Of a stretch of 64,000 nt of DNA, positions 11,501 through 24,527 are shown in pieces. The stretch is from Xylographa opegraphella (lineage: Eukaryota), in NCBI GenBank assembly GCA_022813865.1, contig JALDZX010000023.1, forward strand, positions 124,001 through 188,000, written 5' to 3'. The position numbers and the translations under genes are program-made. The stretch's first letter is position 1; every line of letters begins with the position of its first letter. Under the pieces are notes generated by a model. That model was not told the DNA's origin, did not search any database, and saw only the letters and a program-made list of their open reading frames with translations.

Positions 11501-14500
11501 TGTGGAAGCCATCCCAGTCCGAGTCTTTCCTTGTAAAGCGCGAGCAACCTGTCGGACAGCCATGAGAGAGATTCCACCACGAAGGTCTTGCGTCCAGTCC
11601 CCATAGTCTTCAGCTGCATATCCGCAAAATGACTCGAGATCAGCCATATCGAAGCCCATGAAGAGCCGAGAGCCTGCTAGACAGCCTACTGTGATCAGAG
11701 AAACTATTTTGTCGCCTGAAGCAAGAGTGTAATCAAGAGCTTCCTCAAGATCCATAACGTGGTCGCAAATGGGGGTGAGATAATGAGAGACCATAAGGTA
11801 TGATAAAGTCAAGCCTCTTCCTAAGGTGTATGGATCATTAAAACGTCGGAGTAGTTGCATTCCAGTCGTATGGAGCTTGTGCCCAAATTGCATGTCAGAG
11901 AATCTGCTCATCGCAACCATTGCCAGATAGAGAAATCCGGCACCTATTTGGACAAATGTACCGTGGTTTAGATAAACCCAGACGAGTTTTGCAGCCATTT
12001 GATGGAACAACAGTGCATCGCTCCAATAGCCCGCACTAATAGCTTCTGCGAGAACTGTCCCCATCGCAATTATCCGTCGATCTTGACTCAAAGGCTTCTC
12101 CACAAGATCAACGATTTCCGTGGACTCGAGCTGCCTAAAATATAATTAAGCAAAGATTACACAATAAAAGCGCTCAGACGCATCTTACGATTGAAGCTGC
12201 AGGTATTCTTCGTCGCACTGCTCCCATGATGTCTTTTTGTCGAATTCGAGTCCAAGCTCAGCGAGACTTGTTTTGAGGGTATTGAAGGCCGCAAGGCTTT
12301 CACCTCTCTGAGTGAATATTCGAGACTGGAGGATCCAGGAAGGAGCTTTGTCGGCAGCAGTCCGGGCGTGCTTGAACGTAGATTCAAGTAAGCAAAGCGC
12401 TTCGGAAGGGCGGCCTTGATACCAAGTCACTTCAGCAGTTTTTGTGAAGACCTCGAGAGTCTCATCATAATAAACGTCATATGCATCCTTTGCCCAAGGA
12501 TTTGTTTGCATCAGCTCGATGCATTTCTCGTAATACCATAGAGCCGTTGGACGAGCACCAGATGCGATTGCATTTGTTGCTGCTTCTGCAAGTGGAGCTC
12601 GAAATCGGTATCTTTCCAAGATACGCCGTTTTATAATATCTGCTGAATAACATATATGGCGTGCTTTGGCATAAACTGATTGGCTACCCTGGCTGTTGAT
12701 ATCCAAGAGAGTTTCTGCGATGATATAGTGCATTTTCTCGACGTTATGAAATTCTCGGAGTGCTTGTGCAGCGTGTTGATATCGCTCATGACCAAAGCTG
12801 TTCCACATGAGCATTTCAGCGACATTTTATACACATGGAAGACGAACCGAAAATAGTCTTCATCCTCGCAAGGAACGAGTATGGATGTCTGCAGACAAGC
12901 TTGAAGTCCTTCGACAGCACTTTCTGTTGCATTATGAGCGAAAAGGTCGGTGGCTGCCTTGCATGCCTCTGAATCGCCATTCTCTTCTTCATCAACGAAA
13001 TCAAATTTACCACTCATGAGACTTTGAATGACAGAGAAGGAGAAGCTGTTACCCAGTAATGAAGCCCAAGCTAATATGGATCGAGCGGCCGGCGGTAGTT
13101 GATCCCTTAATTGCCTTGTAATAAAACTGGTGTTCAATTGCGACCCTTCCATTATATTAGCCTATGAACTAAATATCCAGCGAAGAATTTACCATAATTC
13201 TCTGTTTCAAACTCCGTGAAAACTCGATCTAGATCAAATTCCCATGCCGAAGTTTGCCAGTCGAACCATAGGCAGTTTTTTCGGTAACAAAGATCGAGCA
13301 TTTGTCGGAGATAAAAAGGATTACCATTGGTTTTCTCGAGTGCGACGGCGGCAAGGGGGAAAACATACTCGCGGGATCTGTACAACGTCGACGCAACATA
13401 TTCGATAACATCTTTCTCATTAAGTGGATCAAGTTTCAACCGCGTAACATTAGCCTCTTTACCATCAAGAATCGGTTTGAGAGCTTCGGGCACTTCGTCC
13501 TCTCGACGGCACGTTGTGATGAGAACAATTCGGATTTTCCCGCTGACAATACTTGATATCAACTCGAGACTTTCCTCGTCCGCGAACTGCAAGTCGTCGA
13601 GGCAAAGGCATATCAGCTTTCCAGACGCCAGAGTGCGAAGAACATCGATATAGGTACTCAAGATCCTTAAAGGGGCGGTGATTGGGGCAGATCTTGTGGC
13701 TGGCACATTTGATTTGCTGGAGCTGCTGGAACCAGTGTTGTGCATCTCTACCATGACAGATCGGTTGTATCTTGTGCTCTGTTGGTGGCCCCCAAATATC
13801 AGGTTCTCAGGAAGTTCAAGAATAGTTGATAGAACATGCCATATAGACTTGATATTGGTACCTAACAACTGTAAGCAGTCACACAATTGAGGCTTTTTAG
13901 ATATGGACAGCCTCACGAATCATGTTGTGATATGCCGTATTGACATCGCTCTCCGAGAAGATTTGGCGAAACAGGGAACTCATGACTTTGAGAAGTGGCT
14001 CGAACGGCGCTTTTCTAGCCTGAGGAGAAAGTTAGACTGGACCACACCAGGATATGGTCAAACTTTACGTCGTCATATTTGGCATTCGCATAGTAACCTT
14101 GTCGTCGAATCTCCCCCTGTACAGCATGGATCAGAGTGGACTTTCCCATACCAGCAGAACCAATAATCGTAATTATCTCGGTACGTCCCTTTCGACGAGC
14201 ATGCTGAGTCGGCCGTCGTCTTGAGTTTGTCCCTCGAGTCACAGATGTTGGTGGATTCGAAGGAAATGCCGAGTTGTCCAGACTCAATGTTTCGACAGTC
14301 TCGACAGTATTGGTGGTCTCCACACTATCTCGAGAGTCTTGTTGAATTATCGATGCATCATTCAATGGAGGAGGTTCGAAGTTGACCCCGGAATCACTTC
14401 TTGATCTCTTCTGAGAGCTCGCGTCACTGGATTGCCCGTCAGCATTTCCATTACCTTCCCAACGCTCGTTGGACGTAGAAGAGCTGGTGCTGAAATTGTA

Positions 14501-15991
14501 TACTGAGTTCCATGCTCCAGGAGGAGTCGCAGCCTGCCTACGGGCAATTTTATCAATGACCTTTACTATTTTTTGATGCTCCTGTTCTCTGCCGAATAAG
14601 GCAGTAGGCAAAATAAAGAACGACGACACATCTTTAGTGCCGATCTTAAATGCTTTGAGAGCTTCCTGATCACCATCGATGAGAATCTTCTGTAGTGCAA
14701 TGAGGTCGTGCTTGAGGCCTGAAGCTGAGTGGTACCTTTCGTCTGTAACATAGTTCAGGGAAGCGTCAGCAGTTTTCATATATACTGTTACACGCTCATG
14801 CAAATGACAGGCTTATAGTTCAGATTAATCATAGAAGATATTTACCTATCTGTTTTTGCGTCATTTTCTGTATGACTTTAGACAAGGCATCTGGTACATC
14901 CATACGCTTTGATGCCAAAGGAGGAATTTTCCGACCAATGATACTTTGTATAATGTCAATGGGTGTCTGTCCATCAACGGCAGGGAATCCAGCAAGCATG
15001 GTCCAGAAGAGTATTCCAAGACTATATATATCAGTACGACTGTCAGGCTCGGCTGGCATACGACCTGTCTGTTCTGGAGCAATGAAGCGAAGCTTATTCT
15101 TGATTCCAACTTCACGCGATAAAGATGACCAGCCCGTGCTCGTCAGGCCGTTCTCGAATGACCGCAGTCCGGACCCGTAGTTGATTAGCTTGACCGCTCC
15201 ATTTTCGCGATTAAAGTGAAATGCGTCGCCACGAATCTCTCCATGGACAATCCTGAGCCCATGATGCCCATGATGCAATAAGGACAGACATTCAGTTGCC
15301 CCAATTGCAAACTCTAGGAAGACAGATAGTGATATCTGATCTCCTGTACCATCAGCACCGGCGCCTGAATTGCTAAGAGGTCTGGCGAATCTTTGATTCC
15401 CAGGATTCCAAGAAGCCGGGCCGAAATCCACCAATTCTCTGAGATAATTCGACCCCGGAGACTCGAAGATTGATACAACCAGTACATCTTCACCATGTTG
15501 CTCGGAAAGCTTGGCAAACTCAAGAGGACGCACAGTATGTTCATAGCGCGGGTCGCTTTCCACGAGCGACTTGCACAGCTGAAACTCGCGCTCAAGCCTC
15601 AGAGCATGTATTGAAATTCTTGCAACAACACGGCATGGTAGCTCTGCCTGCGCACTCTGGCTTCTAGCGTCACTAGTCTCACTTGCCCCGACACCTTCGC
15701 TTTGCGTAATGGCTCTGCGTACGAGCGAGGGTCCTCCGTTGGTGGAAGACTGGCAAGTGCAATGATGATGGTTATGGTGCGTTCCGTAAACGTGCCAATT
15801 ATCATAACTCTAGGATCAAACTATCAGTACTTGACCATGGCAAATTGGAATATCGTTCCAGGGCTTACTGAATGGAATGGCTCGAGAGACTGGTCCCATG
15901 TGTAGCCTGGGATTTGCGCGAGGCGTTCGTAAAGTCGTGGAGGGGGGCCCGGTTTGTCTTCCCCTACCTCGTCGTGCTCGTTGACGCTCAT
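8576..15991 (-). CDS. Group X hybrid histidine kinase (Chk1-like: kinase-like + AAA ATPase + GAF + HisKA + HATPase + receiver); introns 15810-15868, 14743-14845, 14020-14068, 13862-13916, 13146-13192, 12798-12847, 12135-12188, 9616-9675
   Basis: Eight GT-AG introns join the ORF pieces in frame; FIAPEQTGR, P-loop GSAGMGKS, LDDLQFAD, H-box NVSHELRTPL, G boxes DTGIG/GGSGLGL, receiver MDVQMP. Confidence 0.95.
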
Positions 15992-16473
15992 GACGCCAAG
16001 ACCGTTGACATCTCCATGCTCTCCGACGTTCGTACTGGGAGCCAGGGCCAGACACTATTCCTCGCCGTCTGGAATATACCTACTTTGTCAATGAGAATGA
16101 CGAGGATGTGCAGAGCAAAAGAGGTGATGACAGGGATGCCCAAACCGCAAGGCGAAGTCTTGGCAACTCTAAATCCAAACATGCACATTTGAATAATGCG
16201 GTGCAGCGAAGCAGCGGTGAGTCGCACATATGACTCTTACCAGCCTTTTCCCGGTCTGAAGGAGCTGCTCCCTACAACACACGGGTCTCCTCGTTCAGAA
16301 GGTCAATGTACCGCTTGGTCTTAGGACTGAGATTGTAAGAATCGAAAGCGTTCGAAGGTTCGACCTCAATATTGCTGTCGCTCCCCTGTCGTACGCCTTG
16401 TCTGGTAGAGACTGCAACACATCAAGCCTTCGTCGGGCTTCTGGGTAGTTGGACCTTTGACATTGACGCCACC

Positions 16474-19400
16474 ATGTCCATCGACTTCCCACACGAGGAG
16501 GTTCTAGTGCTCAAGAGATGGAAGGATATCAAAGCTTTCGAGCGGCAGGTCGAGCTGTCCTTGGGAAAAAAGCCATATACTTTCTACGATGGGCCGCCGT
16601 TCGCCACAGGGCTTCCTCATCATGGGCACTTACTTGCCTCCACAATCAAAGATATTATCCCCAGGTATTGGTCTATGAAGGGTCACTACGTGGAAAGACG
16701 ATTCGGTTGGGACACTCATGGCTTACCTATTGAGCACGAAATCGACAAAAAGCTTGGCGTATCAGGGAAAGCTGCTGTGATGGAGATGGGAATCGCAAAG
16801 TACAACGCTGAATGTCGGGCGATTGTCATGAGATACTCGGCAGAGTGGAGACAGACTATTGATCGTCTTGGGCGCTGGATAGACTTCGATAATGATTACA
16901 AGGTGGGCGTACTCAAAGACTGTCTAGTAACGTCAGTCGGCCTCTGATACCCTGTGTAGACTATGGACACCTCATTTATGGAGTCGGTTTGGTGGGTCTT
17001 TAAGCAACTCTTCCAGAAGGATATGGTCTACCAAGGCTACCAGGTCATGCCATATTCGACTGCCTTAAACACCCCTATAAGCAATTTTGAGGCGGCTTCA
17101 AATTACAAGGATACGCAAGATCCTGCAGTGGTAGTGACTTTCCCTCTGCTTGACGATCCACAAACCTGTCTGCTCGCCTGGACTACAACACCATGGACAC
17201 TACCCGCACATACAAGTCTTGCTGTACACCCGGACTTTGAGTATGTCAAAATAAAAGATGATGCGTTGGGCAAGAACTATATCCTATTGGAGTCACTTAT
17301 GAAAACTCTGTACAAAGACCCAAAGAAAGCAAAGTTCACCATAGTCGAGCGTGTAAAAGGCGTAGATATGCTCGGCTGGAGATATGAGCCTCTGTTCGCT
17401 TATTTCTATGAAGATTTCAAAGACCATGGATTCAAAGTTCTGAATGCTACATACGTGACTGCGGAGAGTGGTGTCGGTATTGTCCATCAATCACCAGCTT
17501 TCGGGGAAGAGGATTACAACGTTGCTTGGAAGGCTGGTGTAATTAGTGAAAAGCGTCGACCTCCAAATCCAGTCGATGAGAAGGGCTGCTTCACAACAGA
17601 AGTCCGTGATTTTGCAGGCCAACATGTCAAGATTGCTGACAAAGCCATTATAAAGTACCTGAAAGGTACGGGCCGTCTTATTGTCGACAGTCAAATTACC
17701 CACAGTTACCCATTCTGCCCGCGTTCGGATACACCACTCATATACCGAGCCGTTCCGGGCTGGTTCGTGAAAATCACTCCAATCATTCCACAAATGTTGA
17801 AGAACATTGAAGGATCCCACTGGGTGCCAAATTTTGTGAAAGAGAAGCGCTTTGCGAACTGGATCCAAAATGCACGTGACTGGAACATCTCAAGAAACAG
17901 ATATTGGGGAACACCTATTCCATTATGGGCGAGTAGTGATCTGAAGGAGCTTGTGTGTGTAGGGAGCGTCGAGGAGTTACGGGAGCTGAGCGGCTTTAAG
18001 GGAGATCTTTCAGACATCCATAGGGACAAAATCGACAACATCACAATACCAAGTAAGCAAGGCAAAGGCAAACTTCGGCGGATAGATGAAGTCTTCGACT
18101 GCTGGTTCGAGTCTGGAAGCATGCCTTATGCTGGTTCACATTATCCTTTCGAGAACAAAGACAAATTCGAGCGATCTTTTCCAGGTGATTTCATCGCCGA
18201 GGGTCTTGATCAAACCCGGGGTTGGTTCTATACATTGACTGTACTGGGAACACATCTCAAGGGCGTCATTCCGTTCAAGAACTGTGTCATTAATGGCATT
18301 GTACTTGCCGAAGACGGCAAAAAGATGTCAAAACGACTCAAAAATTACCCAGATCCAAGCACTATCATGGAAAAGTATGGATCGGATGCTCTTCGACTGT
18401 ATTTGATCAATTCTCCTGTGGTCCGAGCGGAGCCCCTCCGCTTTAAGGAGACTGGCGTGAAAGAGATAGTTGCTAAAGTTCTACTGCCGTTATGGAACAG
18501 CTACCGATTTTTTGCCGATCAGGTCCTATTACTCAAGAAGGTCGAGAACATCGACTTCAAATTTGATCCGACAGCGGGTCCACACAACGAGAACGTGATG
18601 GACCGATGGATACTGGCTAGCTGCCAAAGTCTGTTAATGTTCATGAACGCCGAAATGGCGGCATACAGGCTCTATACTGTTGTCCCACGACTGCTGGAGC
18701 TAATCGATAACACCACAAATTGGTATATTCGTTTCAATCGGCGGCGTTTAAAAGGCGAATATGGCATCGAGGACACCAAGCACGCCCTGAACAGCCTCTT
18801 CGAAGTTCTATACACACTGACCCGTGCTCTTGCACCCTTTACACCTTTCCTGACGGATAACATCTATTTACGTATTGCTCCATATCTCCCAGCCTCGCTG
18901 TGTGCGGAAGATCCCAGGAGTGTCCATTTCCTTTCATTTCCCGAAGTACGAGAAGAACTTTTCGATGAAGAAGTAGAAAGACGAGTAGGTCGAATGCAGC
19001 GCGTCATAGAGCTTGGTCGTGTCTCGAGAGAGCGCAGAGCCATTGGTCTGAAGCAGCCACTAAAGACCTTGATTGTGATCCATCATCAAGAGCAGTATCT
19101 GACTGATGTGTTGTCGCTGGAACCATACATTTGCGAAGAATTGAATGTCCACGAACTCATCTTGTCTTCGGACGAGAAAAAGTACAATGTCGAGTATAGT
19201 GTAACGGCTGACTTTTCAACGCTTGGGAAAAAACTCAAAAAGGATGCTCAAAAAGTTAAGCAAGCACTTCCTAGGCTGACTAGCGACGAAGTGCAAGGTT
19301 TCGTGCGGAACAAACATATAACAGTCGACGGCATTCTACTTTCCAGCGAGGATCTTATTGTTAAGCGAGGGCTCAAAGAAGATGGTTCGTCGAAGACTCT

Positions 19401-19770
19401 GGAGACCAACACCGACGATGACGTCCTGATCATTCTTGACGCTAAAATCTATGCTGAGTTGGCGAAGGAAGGTCTTGCCCGAGAGATCATAAACCGAGTG
19501 ATGCAGTTAAGAAAGAGAGCCAAGCTCGTTGCCACTGACGACGTCAAGATGGAGTACAAAGTCCTGAGCGATCCTGAAAACACCGGAATCGAAGAGGTTT
19601 TCGAGACACATGGCAAAGCTTTCGAGAAGGCTTTGCGGCGGCCTCTTGATAAGCACGTAGTCACAGCGTTTGATGGAGAGATACCCACGGCCAAGGTCGA
19701 AGACGTGCTTGCCGAAGAGGAGCAAGAAGTGCAAAAGGCTATTTTCATGCTCCGGCTTGTGAAGCTCTGA
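16474..19770 (+). CDS. ILS1: Cytoplasmic isoleucyl-tRNA synthetase; intron 16903-16959
   Basis: [14 protein letters not shown] (HIGH-type), WTTTPWTLP editing motif, [15 protein letters not shown]. Confidence 0.98.
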
Positions 19771-20059
19771 GGTCCGTAATAGCTAGCGACAACGGTAGCA
19801 GTCAGGCCGAGGCATATGTGCCAAAGTGCGATGTATCGTCGTAGCGAGAAGTTCTTGCTTCTGGTATAGACAGAGCTTCGAGGTGCCGTGCTTAGAGTAA
19901 CTTATATCTATACTCAATAACAAAAGCATTCGGCTCCTTCCGCCTACTTCTTTGAAGCAGTCAGCGATACTCACAAAGCCACTTCCTCGTGATCACACAC
20001 TATCTTCTCGATTGCCAAAAACATATCAAACTGTCGTAGAAAAAGGCCTCTCCCCTGCA

Positions 20060-20344
20060 CTACTTCCGCTTCGCAGCAGCCTAGCACATCATCAGCACTA
20101 TGCATTCCCAAGCATACCTCCAGACATCCGTACAACGTAACATTCCTTGAGCCTCAGAAACTCCGTCATACATTTATCCTTGTGCACATTATTATAATCC
20201 GCCACTATGCATTTGCCATAAGTGGACGCCTGGGAAGCTCTTGTCAGTGGCATTTCACAGGCGGGGAGTATCTTGTTGTACCTCGGCAGAGCATTTGGCC
20301 ACGGCCGCTGCGAATTTCTCAATGGGCCTTATTTTGCCTGGCAT
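20060..20344 (-). CDS. Twin CX9C protein, NDUFAF8 (complex I assembly factor 8) homolog; introns 20230-20281, 20081-20133
   Basis: Spliced product MPGKIRPIEKFAAAVAKCSAEASTYGKCIVADYNNVHKDKCMTEFLRLKECYVAAAKRK, two CX9C motifs. Confidence 0.85.
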
Positions 20345-21293
20345 TTTCTCCGGAGATGTGGTCTGGGCTGGGGGATTGTGTTGCAGGGTGATTTGTCAAT
20401 GTCAACGTCAGGACGGGATGTCCTACGGTGACTAAGCATATGTTCGACCAATCAAAGCTCTGAAGTCGGGAGTTCGGTTGCAGCCAGGAGGGGATCAATA
20501 GTCAATGATAACAGGATCGGCCTGCAGAGGACAGGCAAGATTGGATATGATCGATATCGCTCATTCCTACTTCAACAGCGCATCTCGATCCATACATCGA
20601 TGCTGGAAGGGGCGGAGACAAGAAGGGCTGGGTCTGGGGTGCGTAAGTTTGAAGGAAGGAGCATTATCAGAATGTGAGCCGGAAGAGGGTGCCCTTTGAT
20701 GGAAACAGGAGTAGCAGGATGGGTGTTATATGGATGGTAGGGCATGCAGGAATGATTGATAGGGCAGATAAAGAGTTGTGAGTGCAGGTGGCATTGTAGG
20801 GTCTGGACGGGCTTGAGCTATACATATTCGTTGGGTTCTCTCTTTCGATTGAACTGATCACTTTTTGTCATATATGGAAAGCTCACGCATACCACGTCTC
20901 GTGTGTAATCTATTTGTTACCGATGCAACGAGCTTTTGTTCCAAGTGCGTTGATATGCAAGGCTCATCGCATCATGAAATCATTGATGACATTGGTAACA
21001 CGACCCAGAATCTGGACTTAGGTATCATCAAATTCCTTGGGATGCCCTATTCCTCTCATATCTGGCATCAAATGGCAGTATATTTTGATAGCTCTCTTGT
21101 GTCGTTATTACTATATTCCCTTGGAGAAGTTGAACCAATTTGTCCCAATGGCCTACTTCCGCTCATGACAGGATTCAGAACGCTATGCAGAGAGGCTTCC
21201 CGTTCCTAAAAGATCATGGTATCATCGCTCAATATCCAAGCCATCAAATAATCCCAAGCCCCAGAAAGGCCCCTTTCCCCCCCAAAAAGCCTA

Positions 21294-24200
21294 TTATCGC
21301 GTTCCCGGTGTTCTTGGCCGCTCTTCCAATGTATCCTCAAGCCCTGAAAGCCAAGTCTCGCCACCCTTTCCCAACCTCGATGCTGCGGCAGACTGGATGT
21401 GTAGACGCCTCAGCATGGGGGTCCTCAGATTCAGCGGTGTGACAGGCGCGGTGGGACCACGAACTAAAGCTCGAGCTCTGGCAGCACGTTTGGAGGGTGT
21501 GCTGAGATATCCAGCTACGGGTATGAGACTAGACTGTGCTTCAGGCGAGGGCGTCCAGTCGCCAATCTCAAAGTCATCATCAAGCATTGCTGTATCTGCG
21601 CTGCTTTGCCCACCCAAAGTCTCAGTTACCGGTCTAACAACCGTCTTTCTGAATCTGTATGAACGAGTGAAGTCGGTGCCTATAATACCGCGTCTGCGAC
21701 TACTCTGCTCTCGCCAGATGCGCAGAAACGAGCGATAGTGTCGCTTCTCGTTCCAAGCTTGGAGGTCCATGGCCGTCTGAGCGTGGCTTTTGTATTCAAA
21801 AACCTTCAGTTGAAGTGCACGGAGACTCTCATAGGCGATCTTCTGCACATGGGATATGGCGAAGTCGGCGGCCTTGACTTCGGCTCCTCTCTGTGTCCGG
21901 AAGCGCTCGACCCAAATTCGAAGCTCGTGTTGAGCCAGATCAGCGTTAAAGTTCTGGCTTGCTTCGACGTTCTCTGAGATGGAGAAGCCGAGGCGGTCTC
22001 TCCAACGATCGAATAGAGCGGTTCCAACGAGAAGTAATTTTTGCTGGTGAATCTCTTGGGCCCTTTGTTGGTGGTCAAGCGTGTGCATGGTCTTCTGGTT
22101 CCATTGGAGAAGTAATCTTCTAGCTAGATTCATCTTCACCCGACGTCGGACACTGGCATAAGCACTGCGACGCTTTGCTTTGTGGCTTTCCACAATTGCT
22201 CTCTGAAATTGCTTAAAAGTCCTCCAAGCGCGAAAGTAGTAGACAGACTTATCCGCCCAAGTCTGTAGCTGTTGAATATGCTTGAAATTGATTTTCCAAG
22301 AATCAAGAGTTTCTTGAGCAATCCTTGGTGCATGAAACTCAAAGGCGATCTGCTTCTGTTGGTTCCGAATAACTAGTTGCCCAAGCCATCTCTCAACAAA
22401 AAAGCGCAGCAAGACTTGATTACGTGATAGTATCAGCGCTTGACAACGGCTTTCCTGCTGGGATGCCCGGGCACGCCATTGTTCTGCAAGTTTATGAAAG
22501 GCAGTGCGCTTCAAACGCTCTTGCTTGAGACGATAAAGAAGGAGAAAACGTTCTGCAAGTACCCATTTATACAGGGCTTGTACCATTAAGCGATCATCGA
22601 TCTGGCGAGAGAGAGTTTGCCATCGAAGACGGTCATTCCACTGAGTCCATGCCGCTCTCAATATACGTAGTCTGTTTGTTTGCTGTGCTTGTCGCTCAAG
22701 CCTGAAATTGACCACGATCGTCGAAAAAGCCGAGCTCGCAATCCTCCAATTAACCATGCCGATAATACGACGCTTGAGTGGTGTATATCTCAATTGCAGT
22801 TGCAATTGCGACATATACTGGCTATATAATCTGTGCTGATATACCTGTTCTGCTTGCTGTTGGTCGAAAAGCGCCTTGCGCGTCTTCTGCTGCCAGATTG
22901 TGAAGTAGCGCCTTCCCAGGTTGATTTTGTATGAATCGGCAGCTTGAACTTCTACAACAGAATTGATCTCCATTGCTGATACCAATCGGACGAAGCATCG
23001 CCTCCTAAGCTTGACATTCCTCCATTCCGGGGCACGTCGCTCACAAAAATTCCAAAACCAGAGCCAATAAATCGTCTCGACAAGGTTGCTGTAGTAAAGT
23101 CTTACGGCAGTTGAATCATCGGTAACCCTTGACCCGAACGCTTGTCGCCAAAGGTGAAAGAATTTTTTCAGCCCCTGACGTCGTACCTTCAGGTTGTTCA
23201 CCGCCGTGATCTCAAGCCATGCACTGAAATACTTTGTCCTAAGAATGTGGCGACGGACAACGGAGTTGCGCTCAACCTCCTCATATGCACATTGGGCCCA
23301 GTGGGTAAAGGCTTTCGTCAAAAGGTAGAGATCCCTTGCTTTTCCGGCTCTTCTTTCGAGTTGACTGAAGAACCGCTCCGTTTCCGCGAGTTCCTTTCGT
23401 CTCAAAAAAACCACCCGCCATTGGTCGTAAGCTTGCCGTACTAGAATTCCAGCATCGTATAAAACTGCACGCTGTTCCATCTCGTGGTGTTGATGATACA
23501 CTCGAATTGCGGATGCGTGCCACTTTCTGACTGCCTTCTGGGCTACATCTTGAGTTCTAAATTGTACGAGAGTATTCGCATCTCTCAAGAGTTGTGTTTC
23601 GGAAAATAGGCGTATCTGCGCGTCCGATGAAGAAGGTCGGGAGATATCTGTGCCATGCGAGATATCCCTTGGTAAACTATCCTCCGAAACTGCAGGTTCT
23701 GAATGACTAGGGTTTCCTCCATGTGGAGAACTGTAAACGATTTGGCGGTATTGGTTCTGCTCGTTTGATTTTCTGCTGGACACGTGATGGCTATCCTGAC
23801 TGGAAGTGGAAGCGCGTCGCCGCTGATAGTGTAGGAGATTGCTGGCAAATTCTTCTGATGTCGGGCCACCTCGAGCTGGTGAAATAAGTGCTGTTGGGAC
23901 TTGTGCGTTGTGAGATCGCACTCTTTCTGTCGGCCGAGTGGTAGCCCTCGTTGACGGTCGTACATTTTGCGATTGCGGCAGTGACTGTCTCGATGTGCCC
24001 CGTTGGCGTAAAGCTCTTGTGCTTTCATCTTCACCATCATAAAACGAGCTGAATGAGGCGCGCCTAGAGCGGCGCACTTGGACTTCGGATACGTCAGGTA
24101 CTGGTGCAGTCTCAATATTACCCTTTTCTGTAAAGAGCTCCTGCGAGGGTTCCTTCTCTGAATCGAAGAGTATCTGTATCCCGAGGTCGGCGAGCAGCGC

Positions 24201-24527
24201 CTCAAACGCGCCAAAGAGTGATTGTCCCGTTCCGCGTTTGGTACCAAGTCGGAATAAGAAGCGCAGTAGCATTTGGTCATGGTCTGGGTCCAAGCCATGC
24301 TGCGCAAGTACCTTGTCGTATGCGGCGAAAACGGCTCGAAAAGGAAGATGGTCGACACTGGGGGATGCTTGGGCGGTTGTAATGATCTCGTGGAGAATTG
24401 CGACATCTGAATATTCATTAACACAGTCCCCATTGCGAGGTTCCTGGATCCACATACCTGCATCGGAAAGCGGAGACTCGTCTTCATGGGCTGTTTCCTC
24501 TTCAAGAGACGGAGACGATGGACGCAT
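21294..24527 (-). CDS. SFI1: Sfi1 spindle pole body centrin-binding protein
   Basis: 1077-aa ORF with many LL...F..W repeats, LPFRAVFAAYD N-terminal block and C-terminal YLSTPSKRAARARAL typical of Pezizomycotina Sfi1. Confidence 0.88.
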   Translation of the reverse strand: MRPSSPSLEEETAHEDESPLSDAGMWIQEPRNGDCVNEYSDVAILHEIITTAQASPSVDHLPFRAVFAAYDKVLAQHGLDPDHDQMLLRFLFRLGTKRGTGQSLFGAFEALLADLGIQILFDSEKEPSQELFTEKGNIETAPVPDVSEVQVRRSRRASFSSFYDGEDESTRALRQRGTSRQSLPQSQNVRPSTRATTRPTERVRSHNAQVPTALISPARGGPTSEEFASNLLHYQRRRASTSSQDSHHVSSRKSNEQNQYRQIVYSSPHGGNPSHSEPAVSEDSLPRDISHGTDISRPSSSDAQIRLFSETQLLRDANTLVQFRTQDVAQKAVRKWHASAIRVYHQHHEMEQRAVLYDAGILVRQAYDQWRVVFLRRKELAETERFFSQLERRAGKARDLYLLTKAFTHWAQCAYEEVERNSVVRRHILRTKYFSAWLEITAVNNLKVRRQGLKKFFHLWRQAFGSRVTDDSTAVRLYYSNLVETIYWLWFWNFCERRAPEWRNVKLRRRCFVRLVSAMEINSVVEVQAADSYKINLGRRYFTIWQQKTRKALFDQQQAEQVYQHRLYSQYMSQLQLQLRYTPLKRRIIGMVNWRIASSAFSTIVVNFRLERQAQQTNRLRILRAAWTQWNDRLRWQTLSRQIDDRLMVQALYKWVLAERFLLLYRLKQERLKRTAFHKLAEQWRARASQQESRCQALILSRNQVLLRFFVERWLGQLVIRNQQKQIAFEFHAPRIAQETLDSWKINFKHIQQLQTWADKSVYYFRAWRTFKQFQRAIVESHKAKRRSAYASVRRRVKMNLARRLLLQWNQKTMHTLDHQQRAQEIHQQKLLLVGTALFDRWRDRLGFSISENVEASQNFNADLAQHELRIWVERFRTQRGAEVKAADFAISHVQKIAYESLRALQLKVFEYKSHAQTAMDLQAWNEKRHYRSFLRIWREQSSRRRGIIGTDFTRSYRFRKTVVRPVTETLGGQSSADTAMLDDDFEIGDWTPSPEAQSSLIPVAGYLSTPSKRAARARALVRGPTAPVTPLNLRTPMLRRLHIQSAAASRLGKGGETWLSGLEDTLEERPRTPGTR

